Positions 18,785 through 28,170 are shown, numbered from the stretch's first letter. The stretch: 64,000 nt of DNA from an uncultured Bacteroidaceae bacterium (GCA_964442435.1 CAYTZG010000003.1:43802-107801), one strand, 5' to 3'. Notes: generated from the letters alone by a model not told the origin. Numbers and translations: made by a program.

Positions 18785-19855
18785 ATGATGAACGTTTCCG
18801 AAACGAAAGATAAGACCCGTTTGCCGATGCCGGCCGATTTCAGCCTTATAGCCGGCCCTTGCAGCGCCGAGAGTCTGGCGCAGTTGCGTACCGTGGCGGC
18901 CTGTTTGGACGGCTTGCGGCGGCAGGGTTATCCGGTCGAGGCCTTGCGGGCCGGCGTTTGGAAGCCGCGCACGCGCCCCGGCCACTTCGAGGGCTACGGC
19001 GAGCGGGCTTTGACGTGGCTCACGCAGATAAAGGCCGAGTTTCCGAATTTGCCGGTCATGACCGAAGTGGCCGAGCCTCCGCATGCGGAGGCTTGCCTAA
19101 AAGCGGGCATCGACCGCTTTTGGGTGGGCGCGCGCACGGTGTCGAACCCGTTCGCCGTGCAGGCGCTGGCCGACAGCCTGCGGGGCAGCGGCCTCACGCT
19201 CCGTGTCAAGAACCCCGTCTCGCCCGACTTGGCGTTGTGGATAGGCGCGTTGGAACGTTTCGAGAAAGCGGGCCTGAAGGTTGAGGCCGTACACCGCGGC
19301 TTCGGGCTCTACAACGCCGCGCCTTACCGGAACGCGCCGCTTTGGGAACTGCCCATCGAACTCAAACAGCGTTGCCCCGGCCTGCGGGTCTTGTGCGACC
19401 CGAGCCATATCGCCGGACAGGCGCGTTACGTGCCGGAAGTGGCGCAGCTGGCCGTCGATTTGGAGATGGACGGCCTTATGGTGGAGGTGCACCCTACGCC
19501 GGAAGCCGCCCTGAGCGACGCCGCCCAGCAGCTCACGCCCGCCGCCTTCGTCGATTTCGTGGGGCGGCTCTGTTTCAAGCACTGCCATACCAACAGCGAC
19601 CGTTTGGAGACGCTGCGGCGCCTCATCGACGAAACCGACCGCGAGCTCATCGCCGTGTTGGCGCACCGTTTCGACTTGGTTCGGCAGATGGGCGCGGTCA
19701 AGAAAGAAGAAAACCTGTCGGTGTTGCAACTCAACCGTTGGCAGACCGTGTTGGAACAGCGCGCCGCCTGGGCGCAGGAATCGGGGCTGAGCGCCGATTT
19801 CGCCAAGGCCCTGTTCCGTTGCATCCATGCCGAATCCGTCGATATTCAGAAGTAG
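18785..19855 (+). CDS. Bifunctional 3-deoxy-7-phosphoheptulonate synthase / chorismate mutase type II
   Basis: The N-terminal DAHP synthase part (IAGPCSAES.., ..RAGVWKPRTRPG.FEG.G, CDPSH) is fused to a C-terminal chorismate mutase helix bundle (LRRLIDETDRELIAVLAHRFDLVRQMGAVKKE..). First ATG is at 18785; the track starts at TTG 18779. Confidence 0.85.
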   Translation: MMNVSETKDKTRLPMPADFSLIAGPCSAESLAQLRTVAACLDGLRRQGYPVEALRAGVWKPRTRPGHFEGYGERALTWLTQIKAEFPNLPVMTEVAEPPHAEACLKAGIDRFWVGARTVSNPFAVQALADSLRGSGLTLRVKNPVSPDLALWIGALERFEKAGLKVEAVHRGFGLYNAAPYRNAPLWELPIELKQRCPGLRVLCDPSHIAGQARYVPEVAQLAVDLEMDGLMVEVHPTPEAALSDAAQQLTPAAFVDFVGRLCFKHCHTNSDRLETLRRLIDETDRELIAVLAHRFDLVRQMGAVKKEENLSVLQLNRWQTVLEQRAAWAQESGLSADFAKALFRCIHAESVDIQK

Positions 19856-19963
19856 GCGGTATCTTTAGCTTCGCTGAAGATACTCCGTCTTGACAATGCC
19901 CTTTACCAAACGGCTTTAATCTGCCGTTTTTGAAAAAATTTGGCATTGTGCTCAACTTATTCG

Positions 19964-19971
19964 TATCTTTG
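19964..19971 (+). promoter_or_regulatory. Bacteroidota promoter (-7 box TATCTTTG, with TTTG -33 element at 19939-19942)
   Basis: Exact TAnnTTTG box with an upstream TTTG at appropriate spacing, placed just before the riboswitch. Confidence 0.55.
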
Positions 19972-19979
19972 CCCCGTTA

Positions 19980-20170
19980 CTCTTCGGTCGCGGTCGCTGA
20001 TAGCGCCGCGGCAAACAGGAAAACCGTGAAAATCGGTTGCAGTACCCACTGCCGTAATTCTTGATCCCCGCAAGGGGTTGGCGATACGCCACTGCGATAA
20101 GGCATCTGAAAGCCCGCCGCGGGAAGGCCGCCGAAAAAGATAAGCCGGAAGACTGGCCGTCGAGTTTGGA
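19980..20170 (+). promoter_or_regulatory. Cobalamin (B12) riboswitch aptamer
   Basis: The conserved blocks appear in the canonical order: GGAAAACCGTGAAAATCGG, CAGTACCCACTGCCGTAA, GCCACTG, GGGAAGGC, and the B12 box AAGCCGGAAGACTGGCC at 20143-20158. Confidence 0.8.
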
Positions 20171-20207
20171 AACTGTGTTTGCTTTTGGGAGTTAGAGCAG
20201 GTGCAAG

Positions 20208-20246
20208 ACGGGCGGCGCGCCCGTACCGGTCTGTCGGTCTTTTTCT
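20208..20246 (+). terminator. Possible riboswitch expression-platform terminator
   Basis: Hairpin acgggcg-gcg-cgcccgt, then a small hairpin accg-gtctgt-cggt, followed by cttttt. Confidence 0.35.
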
Positions 20247-20327
20247 CATCATGCTTCCGGTTTCCCGGTGTCGCGGTATATACGCGATGCAAAATGTTTT
20301 GCACTTAACCTTAAAAAACCGATAGTT

Positions 20328-21077
20328 ATGAAAAAAGTAATTCTGATGGCCTTGGTGGCCTTGTCCCTCTTCTCCTGCAAGAAAGAGAAACGCCCTTTGA
20401 CGGCCGATTTCGAAGATTTGGGGCTTAAAACCGAAAGTTACTGGCATGGTACGCAAGATGGCGAAACCTATTTCCAGAGCGGCGATTTCCAGTTCAGCAC
20501 AAGCTACAATGCCGAGTGGGATTCGTGGAACCAGTTTGTTTACAGCAACGTGACGGCCACCGGCTTTGAAAGCTATGCCGAAGGCCAGTACCGCAATGTG
20601 GTGGGCAAGGGCGCCGAGAGTACGGCCACGTTCGCCGTCGTGCACGATGCCGGCGACTACGGTACGCCCCGCATCAAGGTGGCTTCGGATTTGGCGGCCG
20701 ACGGTGTGACGCTGGACTATGTATATATCACAAATTCATCCTATGCCGTCAACTCCATGGAAAACGGCGATGACTTCGCGGGCGAACCGTTCAAGCAGGG
20801 CGACTATATGCGTCTGGAAATCCGCGGGCTCATGGACGAGACCGAGGGCGGCGACGTCAACAAAATCGACTTCTATCTGGCCGACTATCGTTCTTCAAAC
20901 GCGGCCGACCATTATATCGTCAAGGACTGGCGGAAAGTGGATTTGGGGGCGTTGGGCAAGGTCAAGATGCTGACGTTCCGCATTGTCAGCTCGCGCGCCA
21001 ACGAATACGGCAACCTCTTGCCGGCCTATTTCTGCCTCGACCAGCTCAAATCGGTGGAAGTCGAAGTGGCGGAATAG
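20328..21077 (+). CDS. DUF4465-like surface lipoprotein under B12-riboswitch control (putative corrinoid-related)
   Basis: Lipoprotein signal MKKVILMALVALSLFSC. FEDLGL..ESYWHG...F.SG.F.F...Y...WDSW..F.YSN motifs match DUF4465 as I remember it. It lies directly downstream of the riboswitch. Confidence 0.65.
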   Translation: MKKVILMALVALSLFSCKKEKRPLTADFEDLGLKTESYWHGTQDGETYFQSGDFQFSTSYNAEWDSWNQFVYSNVTATGFESYAEGQYRNVVGKGAESTATFAVVHDAGDYGTPRIKVASDLAADGVTLDYVYITNSSYAVNSMENGDDFAGEPFKQGDYMRLEIRGLMDETEGGDVNKIDFYLADYRSSNAADHYIVKDWRKVDLGALGKVKMLTFRIVSSRANEYGNLLPAYFCLDQLKSVEVEVAE

Positions 21078-21139
21078 CCACGGCTCAAACAGCACGCAGA
21101 CCTTCGGGTAATTATATAGTTAGTTTTCTAAAAACACAA

Positions 21140-21170
21140 GGGGAGTCCGGCGTGGGGCTCCCCTTTTTTA
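21140..21170. terminator. Terminator hairpin between convergent genes
   Basis: ggggagtcc-ggcgtg-gggctcccc followed by tttttt. Confidence 0.55.
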
Positions 21171-21175
21171 TCATC

Positions 21176-22483
21176 CTAGTTTTTAGCCCTGAAAAATATC
21201 TTCATGACCGAGCCTTGGAAGTCGTAGAGCTTGCGGAGTTGGTTCTCCACAAAGCGTTTGTAAGGCTCCTTGATGTATTGCGGCAGGTTGCAGAAGATGA
21301 CGAAGGCCGGATAGGCCGTCGGCAACTGCGTCACGTAGTTGATTTTGATGGACTTGCCTTTATAGACAGGAGGCGGCGTCTGCCGCAGGATGGGCAACAG
21401 CTCCTCGTTGAGGCGCGAGGTCGGAATCCGTTGCGACTTGTGGTCGTAAACGGCCTTGGCGTATTCGAGCACCTTGAAGATGCGCTGTTTTTCGATAACG
21501 GACGTAAAGACGATGGGCACGTCGTTGTCGGGCGCGAGGCGGGCGCGCAGGCCGGCTTCGTACTCCTTGAGCGTGTTGGCCGACTTCTCCACCGTGTCCC
21601 ATTTGTTGACCACGAGCACCACGCCCTTGTTGTTGCGGCGGCAGAGCCCGAAGATGTTGAGGTCTTGCGCTTCGAGGCCCGTGGCCGCGTCAATCATGAG
21701 CAGGCAGACGTCGCTGTGTTCGATGGCGCGGATTGACCGCATCACCGAGTAAAATTCGATGTTCTCGCTCACCTTGCTTTTCTTGCGCACGCCGGCCGTA
21801 TCCACCAGGTAGAAGTCGAAGCCGAACAGGTTGTAGCGCGTGTAGAGCGAGTCGCGCGTGGTGCCGGCCACGGGCGTGACGATATTGCGGTCTTGCCCGA
21901 TAAAGGCGTTGATGATGGACGACTTGCCCACGTTGGGGCGTCCCACGACCGCTATGCGCGGCAGGTCGTCGGCCGGCTCGTCGGTTTCGGGCTTCATGTC
22001 CTTGACCACGGCGTCGAGCAGGTCGCCCGTGCCGCTGCCGTTCACGGCCGACACCGTAAAGAAATCGCCCATGCCGAGCGCGTAAAATTCGGCCGACTGC
22101 TGTTCTATCTTGCCGTTGTCCACCTTGTTGACCACAAGGAACACCGGCTTTTCGCAGGCACGTAGCATCTGCGCCACGTCCTCGTCCAAGGGCGTGATGC
22201 CGTCTTTGGCGTCCACCAGAAACAGGATGAGGTCGGCCTCGTCCACGGCCAAAAGCACCTGCGCACGGATGGCTTCGTTGAAAGCGTCCTCGTCGTCAAG
22301 CAGATAGCCGCCCGTGTCGATGAGCGAGAACTCCTTGCCGTTCCAGTTCACGGTACCGTAATTGCGGTCGCGCGTCACGCCGCTCGTTTCATCCACAATC
22401 GCCTGACGGCTCTCGGTCAAGCGGTTGAACAACGTCGATTTTCCGGTGTTGGGTCGCCCAACGATGGCTACGATATTTCCCAT
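21176..22483 (-). CDS. der: Ribosome-biogenesis GTPase Der (EngA)
   Basis: Two GTPase domains ([18 protein letters not shown]; [22 protein letters not shown]) plus a KH-like C-terminus. Start at MGNIVAIVG (22483); the longer track ORF reads through a tRNA gene. Confidence 0.9.
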   Translation of the reverse strand: MGNIVAIVGRPNTGKSTLFNRLTESRQAIVDETSGVTRDRNYGTVNWNGKEFSLIDTGGYLLDDEDAFNEAIRAQVLLAVDEADLILFLVDAKDGITPLDEDVAQMLRACEKPVFLVVNKVDNGKIEQQSAEFYALGMGDFFTVSAVNGSGTGDLLDAVVKDMKPETDEPADDLPRIAVVGRPNVGKSSIINAFIGQDRNIVTPVAGTTRDSLYTRYNLFGFDFYLVDTAGVRKKSKVSENIEFYSVMRSIRAIEHSDVCLLMIDAATGLEAQDLNIFGLCRRNNKGVVLVVNKWDTVEKSANTLKEYEAGLRARLAPDNDVPIVFTSVIEKQRIFKVLEYAKAVYDHKSQRIPTSRLNEELLPILRQTPPPVYKGKSIKINYVTQLPTAYPAFVIFCNLPQYIKEPYKRFVENQLRKLYDFQGSVMKIFFRAKN

Positions 22484-22530
22484 GGCAAAAAAAAAGCTCA
22501 CAAGCCATTGCCTGCAAGCCCCTGATTTTG

Positions 22531-22602
22531 TAGCGGGAAGAGGATTCGAACCTCTGACCTTCGGGTTATGAGCCCGACGAGCTGCCTCTGCTCCATCCCG
22601 CA
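22531..22602 (-). tRNA. Initiator-type tRNA-Met (anticodon CAU)
   Basis: Cloverleaf with anticodon arm TCGGG-CTCATAA-CCCGA, which contains three consecutive G:C pairs and is identical to the E. coli tRNA-fMet arm. D-arm GAGC/GCTC, A73 discriminator, unpaired 1:72 position (U-U), no encoded CCA. Confidence 0.85.
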
Positions 22603-22659
22603 ATGTGGCCGCAAAGGTAGTACATTTCCACGTAAAATGCAAATGACGCGCGCCGATGC

Positions 22660-23787
22660 CTATTCCAACACCCGTTTCAACCAAAGCGCCATCACGGGGT
22701 CGGCCAAAACGGTCCTGCGGTTTTCAACTTCTATCAGTTCCTTTTTGAGGAGCGCCCGTTTGATGATGCTGACATTGGCCGATGAGCCGAGTTGGTATTT
22801 TTGCAAAACGTTTTGCGTTGTGAATTCCGTGTGAACCCCGTCCAAGATAGCCCGCAGGAAGTTCATCTGGTAGGCGGTCAGATTTTCCGTCTGTTTTTCA
22901 AACAAAGGCGAGTTTTGATTCAGAAGATCTTGGCAAGCCTCTGCGAAATCTTTTCCGGAAGCGGTCTTTTCGGTATGAATCCAAGTCAGCCAGGCCAACT
23001 GTTGCACGTATGACGAGTGATTGTCAACCGTTTGACAGATTTTTTCGGCCAAAGTCTTGGAAATATGTTTTCCGGTGACCTCAAACCGTTCACCAATATA
23101 TTTGACCCAATCGGCCGTACTGATTTTGGGCAGATAGACCGTATCGCCGAATTTGTAAAAAGGCAGGCTTTTCTTCTCGAAAAGTTCGGTCATCAAATGT
23201 TTCTTGCTTCCGAACAGACAATAGGAAACGGATTTCTGCAATTGCCAAACCGTGCGCAACTGTTTTTGGAACGTTTTGGAATCTTCAAATTCCGCTATCT
23301 GTTGGAATTCGTCAATACAAACCACAATCCGGCACCCCTTTTTCCGTGCGATTTTTTCAGGCAGTTGGAGAATGTCCTGGATATCATCGGTTTTAGGAGA
23401 TATTTCCAATGATACGGAGAAATCGGATATCGGGTCGGGTCCCAATGATATTTTAGGACTGATGCGGGAGAGGAACAGTTTGGCGTGTTCCAACCAATCT
23501 TCCCATTTGGATGATGTTTGTTTGAGGACGGCTTCTGCCAACTTATCGTAAAATTCCCGGTCGCTGCGGCATGAAAAAATATCCAAATAAACGATTTTAA
23601 GTTGGTCGGACTGTGCCAAACGGCAGACTTTCTGCACCAAAGACGTTTTCCCCCAACGGCGGGGGGAGATTAAAACCGTGTTGATGCCGTGTTGGAAATT
23701 GGATAACAGCCGTGCCGTTTCCGTTTTTCGGTCGGTAAAGTTTTCGTCGGAGGTGGCGATACCGAAGATAAAAGGTTTGTCGTTCAT
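22660..23787 (-). CDS. Orphan AAA+ ATPase (archaeal-ATPase/ATP-binding protein family)
   Basis: 375 aa. [38 protein letters not shown] (Walker A), a Walker B-like IVVCIDEFQ, and a winged-helix-like C-terminus. AT-rich relative to its flanks and adjacent to a tRNA gene. Confidence 0.75.
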   Translation of the reverse strand: MNDKPFIFGIATSDENFTDRKTETARLLSNFQHGINTVLISPRRWGKTSLVQKVCRLAQSDQLKIVYLDIFSCRSDREFYDKLAEAVLKQTSSKWEDWLEHAKLFLSRISPKISLGPDPISDFSVSLEISPKTDDIQDILQLPEKIARKKGCRIVVCIDEFQQIAEFEDSKTFQKQLRTVWQLQKSVSYCLFGSKKHLMTELFEKKSLPFYKFGDTVYLPKISTADWVKYIGERFEVTGKHISKTLAEKICQTVDNHSSYVQQLAWLTWIHTEKTASGKDFAEACQDLLNQNSPLFEKQTENLTAYQMNFLRAILDGVHTEFTTQNVLQKYQLGSSANVSIIKRALLKKELIEVENRRTVLADPVMALWLKRVLE

Positions 23788-23827
23788 GATGTTATGGATT
23801 TATAAACCCTATTTCCTCAATGCAAAT

Positions 23828-23879
23828 TTAGTAATAATCTTATTACTAACAAACTTATTACTAATAAAGTTATTACTAA
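23828..23879. repeat. One inverted plus three direct copies of a 10-bp motif (TTATTACTAA) at 15-bp spacing
   Basis: ttagtaataa at 23828-23837, then ttattactaa at 23840, 23855 and 23870. On the minus strand the repeats abut the TAAATTTG -7 box of the ATPase gene. Confidence 0.7.
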
Positions 23880-24064
23880 GTGGTTCCTTGCAAAGTGCAC
23901 GGAGGGGATTTTATGTTGGCAATCAGTGCGTCATGTTGGTATGGTCATTCCGTTTTCAAAAAAAATGAAAAAAAGTCGGTCAAAAATTTGGAAATCATGA
24001 ATATATATAGTAACTTAGCGGCCAAATTGAAAAACCAAAAAAATTAAAAGATATGTGCACGAAT

Positions 24065-26386
24065 ATGAAAAGGATTTTCAAATACCTCTGCGCAGGTATG
24101 ACGATGCTGTGGATAGGGGGTGGCCTGTTTCCGGCCAAGGCGGTGGCCGATGTGGTTACCATGACGACTACGGCAACGCAGGTGTCCATAACGGTTAGTT
24201 GCAGCGGGAGTTTTGACGTGGATTTTGGCGATGGAGAAAGTGTCCATTATGATGGGGCAAACTCTGTAAACCATACTTATGGTAATGACCTTTCAGAGGA
24301 GAACTTGATAACCATAACGACAAGTTCTCCCTTGACTGAGCTGTGGTGCGGCGGTAATCAGTTGACGTCCTTGGACGTGGCATGTACGTTCTTGACTTAT
24401 CTGTCTTGCGACAAAAATCAGTTGACGTCCTTGAACGTGAGCGCTTGTACGTCCTTGAGAGTTCTGTCTTGCTACAATAATCAGTTGACGTCCTTGGACG
24501 TGAGCGCATGTACGTCCTTGACAGATCTGCGGTGCTACGATAATCAGTTGACGTCCTTGGACGTGCGCGCTTGTACGTCCTTGAGGAGTCTGTCTTGCGA
24601 CAATAATCAGTTGGCGTCCTTGGACGTGAGCGCTTGTACGTCCTTGGGGAGTCTGTCTTGCTACAAGAATCAGTTGACGTCCTTGAATGTGCGCGCTTGT
24701 ACGTCCTTGAGGAGTCTGTCTTGCGACAATAATCAGTTGGCGTCCTTGGACGTGAGCGCTTGTACGTCCTTGGGGAGTCTGTCTTGCTACAAGAATCAGT
24801 TGACGTCCTTGAATGTGAGTGGTTGTACGTCCTTGAGGATGCTGTATTGCTTCAATAATCAGTTGGCGTCCTTGAACGTGAGTGGTTGTACGTCCTTGAG
24901 GATGCTGTCTTGCTACAATAATCAGTTGACGTCCTTGAACGTGAGTGGTTGTACAGCCTTGACGGATCTGTCTTGCTACAATAATCAGTTGACGTCCTTG
25001 AACGTGAGTGGTTGTACAGCCTTGGAGAATCTGTCTTGCTACAAGAATCAGTTGACGTCCTTGGACGTGCGCGCTTGTACGTCCTTGACTTTTCTGCATT
25101 GCTACAATAATCAGTTGACGTCCTTGGATGTGAGTGCTTGTACGTCCTTGTTTGGGCTGGAATGCGGCAATAATCAGTTGACGTCCTTGAACGTGAGTGG
25201 TTGTACAGCCTTGGAGAATCTGTCTTGCGACAAGAATCAGTTGGCGTCCTTGGACGTGCACGCTTGTACGTCCTTGACTTTTCTGCATTGCGACAATAAT
25301 CAGTTGCCGTTCTTGGACGTGCACGCTTGTACGTCCTTGAAAGGGCTGGAATGCTCCAACAATCAGTTGGCGTCCTTGGCCGTGCGCGGTTGTACGTCCT
25401 TGGTGGAGCTGTATTGCGACAAGAATCAGTTGACGTCCTTGGACGTGAGCGCCTGTACGTCCTTGACTTGGCTGTCTTGCTACAAGAATCAGTTGGCGTT
25501 GGCCTCTCTCAGAGACTTGCTGAACCATCTTCAGGATGTGGCTTCCGCCACATTGTCGCCGCAGCATATCGCCAAGGCGTTGGCTGTTGGCGAAACGTGG
25601 GATATGACGTCGGATATGACGATAGACGGCACCGCCACGGCCTATACGCTGACGGATGTCAACGGGGCGCCGACGTCGGAGACGGTCTATGAGGAAAAGG
25701 ACGGCGTGTTCCGCTTCCGTCAGAGTGGCGACTATGTATTGACATTGACCAACCAAAAGGTAACTGACTATCAATTCGATGCGCCCGGCAACCCGGTGGA
25801 AGTGGTCTATGAAGTGACGGTAACGGGCACGGATGACCCCAATACGCCCGATGACCCCGACGACCCGAATACGCCTGACAATCCGGATAACCCCAATACG
25901 CCCGACAATCCGGACGACCCCAATACGCCCGACAATCCGGACGACCCGAATACGCCCGATAATCCGGACGACCCCAATACGCCCGACAATCCGGACGACC
26001 CCAATACGCCTGACAATCCGGATGACCCGAATACGCCTGATAATCCGGACGACCCGAATACGCCCGATAATCCGGATGACCCGAATACGCCCGACAATCC
26101 GGATGACCCGAATACACCTGACAATCCGGACGACCCCAATACGCCCGATGACCCAACCACGCCTGACGACCCGACGGCCATCGAGGATTTGACAGTAGGC
26201 ACCGCCCCCGTGGTTTATGTCAAGGGACATACGGTTTATGTGGCGGACAACACGGCGGAAGTGCGCGTGTACACGTTGGGCGGCCTGTGTATCTACAGTG
26301 GTCGCGCTACGGCCATCCCCGTCCGTCAGAGCGGCGTGTACGTCGTATCGGTGGGTGACCACCGTCTCAAGATACTAGTACCGTAG
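24065..26386 (+). CDS. T9SS-secreted leucine-rich-repeat surface protein (BspA/internalin-like) with PDNPDDPNT linker repeats
   Basis: Signal peptide MKRIFKYLCAGMTMLWIGGGLFPAKA. About 19 copies of the 21-aa unit CTSL..L.C..NQLTSLDVSA, about 12 copies of PNTPDNPDD, and a C-terminal Por-type sorting domain (..VRVYTLGGLCIYSG...GVYVVSVGDHRLKILVP). Confidence 0.85.
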   Translation: MKRIFKYLCAGMTMLWIGGGLFPAKAVADVVTMTTTATQVSITVSCSGSFDVDFGDGESVHYDGANSVNHTYGNDLSEENLITITTSSPLTELWCGGNQLTSLDVACTFLTYLSCDKNQLTSLNVSACTSLRVLSCYNNQLTSLDVSACTSLTDLRCYDNQLTSLDVRACTSLRSLSCDNNQLASLDVSACTSLGSLSCYKNQLTSLNVRACTSLRSLSCDNNQLASLDVSACTSLGSLSCYKNQLTSLNVSGCTSLRMLYCFNNQLASLNVSGCTSLRMLSCYNNQLTSLNVSGCTALTDLSCYNNQLTSLNVSGCTALENLSCYKNQLTSLDVRACTSLTFLHCYNNQLTSLDVSACTSLFGLECGNNQLTSLNVSGCTALENLSCDKNQLASLDVHACTSLTFLHCDNNQLPFLDVHACTSLKGLECSNNQLASLAVRGCTSLVELYCDKNQLTSLDVSACTSLTWLSCYKNQLALASLRDLLNHLQDVASATLSPQHIAKALAVGETWDMTSDMTIDGTATAYTLTDVNGAPTSETVYEEKDGVFRFRQSGDYVLTLTNQKVTDYQFDAPGNPVEVVYEVTVTGTDDPNTPDDPDDPNTPDNPDNPNTPDNPDDPNTPDNPDDPNTPDNPDDPNTPDNPDDPNTPDNPDDPNTPDNPDDPNTPDNPDDPNTPDNPDDPNTPDNPDDPNTPDDPTTPDDPTAIEDLTVGTAPVVYVKGHTVYVADNTAEVRVYTLGGLCIYSGRATAIPVRQSGVYVVSVGDHRLKILVP
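24334..25500 (+). repeat. Tandem 63-bp coding repeats (LRR units), including a perfect 126-bp tandem duplication at 24565-24816
   Basis: By-eye alignment of successive units. 24565-24690 and 24691-24816 read identically. Confidence 0.85.
25838..26165 (+). repeat. Tandem 27-bp coding repeats (about 12 copies, PNTPDNPDD)
   Basis: Repeated cccaatacgcccgacaatccggacgac with synonymous variation. Confidence 0.85.
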
Positions 26387-26419
26387 GCATATCGTCGGCA
26401 TAAATCTATATATAATTAA

Positions 26420-26449
26420 GGGAGGTCACATTGAGCGGCCTCCCTTTTT
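26420..26449 (+). terminator. Rho-independent terminator after the LRR gene
   Basis: gggaggtc-acattgagc-ggcctccc followed by ttttt. Confidence 0.55.
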
Positions 26450-26542
26450 CATAGTTCGTCGGCCTTGACGTGTACGTCAGATAGCACATACAAATCGGGT
26501 AAACATGAAATACTGGTGGAAATTTAGTATCTTCGCGGCACT

Positions 26543-27910
26543 ATGGCAACGACAGACCCTAGGATTTTAGAGACGGAAGATGTCCGGAAACTGCTTTTCA
26601 AGTTCGCGGTACCGGCCATCATCACCACTTTGTCGGTGTCGCTCTACAACGTCGTGGACCGGATTTTCATCGGGCAGGGGGCTGGGGCGATGGCCATCTC
26701 CGGGCTCGCGCTCACCTTTCCGATTATGACGCTCATCCAGGCGTTCGGCACGCTGGTCGGCGTGGGCGCCTCCTCGCGCATCTCCATCGTCCTCGGCATG
26801 AAAGACAAGGCGCGGGCGGAGCGCATCCTCGGCACATCGGTCGTGCTTACCTTGCTGATATGGGCCGTCATCACGGTGCTGAGCCTGCTGTTCCTGCGGC
26901 CGCTCCTGCAACTCTTCGGCGGCAGCGAGCAGACGATGCCCTACGCCGTCACCTATCTGCAAATCATCATTCCCGGCAGCGTGCTGAGCAACTTCACGTT
27001 CAGCTTCGGCAACATCATCCGCGCCGCCGGGTCACCCAAGAAAAACATGAGCATCATGCTCATAGGCGTGGGCTGCAACCTCGTGCTCGACCCGCTGTTT
27101 ATCTTCGGCTTCGGCATGGGCATCCGCGGCGCCGCCTGGGCCACGGTGCTTTCCATGTTCGTGAGCGCGTGTTTCACGATGCAGTATTTCCTAAGTCCGA
27201 AATCATATATACAACTCAAGCGGCAGAACATCCGCATCAAGTGGCATATCGTGCAGGACATCGTTTCCATCGGCCTGTCGCCGTTCTTGATGAACGCGGC
27301 CGCCTGCGTCGTCAACATCATCCTCAACAACCGTCTTTATGCCTACGGCGGCGACTTGGCCATCGGCGCCAACGGCATCATCAACAGCTACGCCATCCTG
27401 TTCGTCATGTTCACGCTCGGACTGTGCCACGCCATGCAGCCCATCGTGGGCTATAACTTCGGCGCCGCCCGCATGGACCGCGTGCGGCAGGCGTTGTTCC
27501 TGTCCATCCGTGTGGCCACCGCCATCACGCTGTTCGGATTCATCTGCATGGAGGGGATGCCGGGCGTGCTGGCAAGCCTGTTCACGCAAGACGAAACGCT
27601 CATCGACATCACCAAGACCGGTATGCGCTTCGTGTTCGCGCTCTTCCCGTTCGTGGGCTTCCAAATCGTGACGGGCAATTATTTCCAGTCCATCGGCAAA
27701 ATCTCGCTGTCCATCTTCCTGAGCCTGACGCGGCAGGTGCTGTTCCTCATACCGGCCCTTTACGTCTGCTCCGGCCTGTGGGGCTTGGACGGCGTTTGGG
27801 CGGCCACCACCACGGCCGACACGCTGTCCATCATCGTGGCCTTCATCCTGCTCACCGTACACCTGCGCCGCCATCCCATCGCGGAGGGTCAGTTACCCCC
27901 GGAATCATAA
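26543..27910 (+). CDS. MATE-family efflux transporter
   Basis: 455 aa, 12 TM segments, N-terminus ..LLFKFAVPAIITTLSVSLYNVVDRIFIGQG.GAMAISGLALTFP typical of MATE/NorM-like pumps. Confidence 0.85.
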   Translation: MATTDPRILETEDVRKLLFKFAVPAIITTLSVSLYNVVDRIFIGQGAGAMAISGLALTFPIMTLIQAFGTLVGVGASSRISIVLGMKDKARAERILGTSVVLTLLIWAVITVLSLLFLRPLLQLFGGSEQTMPYAVTYLQIIIPGSVLSNFTFSFGNIIRAAGSPKKNMSIMLIGVGCNLVLDPLFIFGFGMGIRGAAWATVLSMFVSACFTMQYFLSPKSYIQLKRQNIRIKWHIVQDIVSIGLSPFLMNAAACVVNIILNNRLYAYGGDLAIGANGIINSYAILFVMFTLGLCHAMQPIVGYNFGAARMDRVRQALFLSIRVATAITLFGFICMEGMPGVLASLFTQDETLIDITKTGMRFVFALFPFVGFQIVTGNYFQSIGKISLSIFLSLTRQVLFLIPALYVCSGLWGLDGVWAATTTADTLSIIVAFILLTVHLRRHPIAEGQLPPES

Positions 27911-27919
27911 TACGGAACT

Positions 27920-28156
27920 ATGGAAAAACTGATAGAATTATCGAAAGAAGAAGTGCTGTTGGGGTTTGTCGCCTCCTGCATCGAATATACGGCGCGGCGG
28001 TTAGGCAGGCCGTATCAGGAAATATTTGCCCGTATGCAACGCACGGATATGATCAATAATTATCTCATACCGTGTTACGATACGTTGCACACGGAGAGCC
28101 GCGAGCATATCACGGACAATGTCATCGCCTATCTAAAAGAAAGAGGGGAGTTGTAA
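27920..28156 (+). CDS. DUF3791-like small protein
   Basis: 78 aa. ..LLGFVASCIEYTARRLGRPYQEIFARMQRTDMINNYLIPCYDTLHTES.. resembles DUF3791 family members of Bacteroidales/Firmicutes. Confidence 0.55.
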   Translation: MEKLIELSKEEVLLGFVASCIEYTARRLGRPYQEIFARMQRTDMINNYLIPCYDTLHTESREHITDNVIAYLKERGEL

Positions 28157-28170
28157 CCAATATCTCAGTT

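Noticed and set aside
22484-22684. N-terminal extension of the der ORF (..[22 protein letters not shown]..)
   Set aside because: That peptide is the characteristic read-through translation of a tRNA gene (tRNA-Met at 22531-22602). The conserved Der N-terminus starts at 22483.
24334-26165. Possibility that the regular repeats here, or at 63087-63178, form a CRISPR array
   Set aside because: The repeats are contiguous with no unique spacers. Those at 24334-26165 lie inside a coherent protein-coding frame, and no cas genes are nearby.
24293-26362. 689-aa minus-strand ORF antisense to the LRR gene, and other nested ORFs in the repeat region
   Set aside because: The periodic translation (..GRTSAHVQGRQLI..) merely mirrors the sense-strand repeats. 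The sense frame has a signal peptide, LRR consensus and a T9SS tail, so the antisense frame is an artefact.
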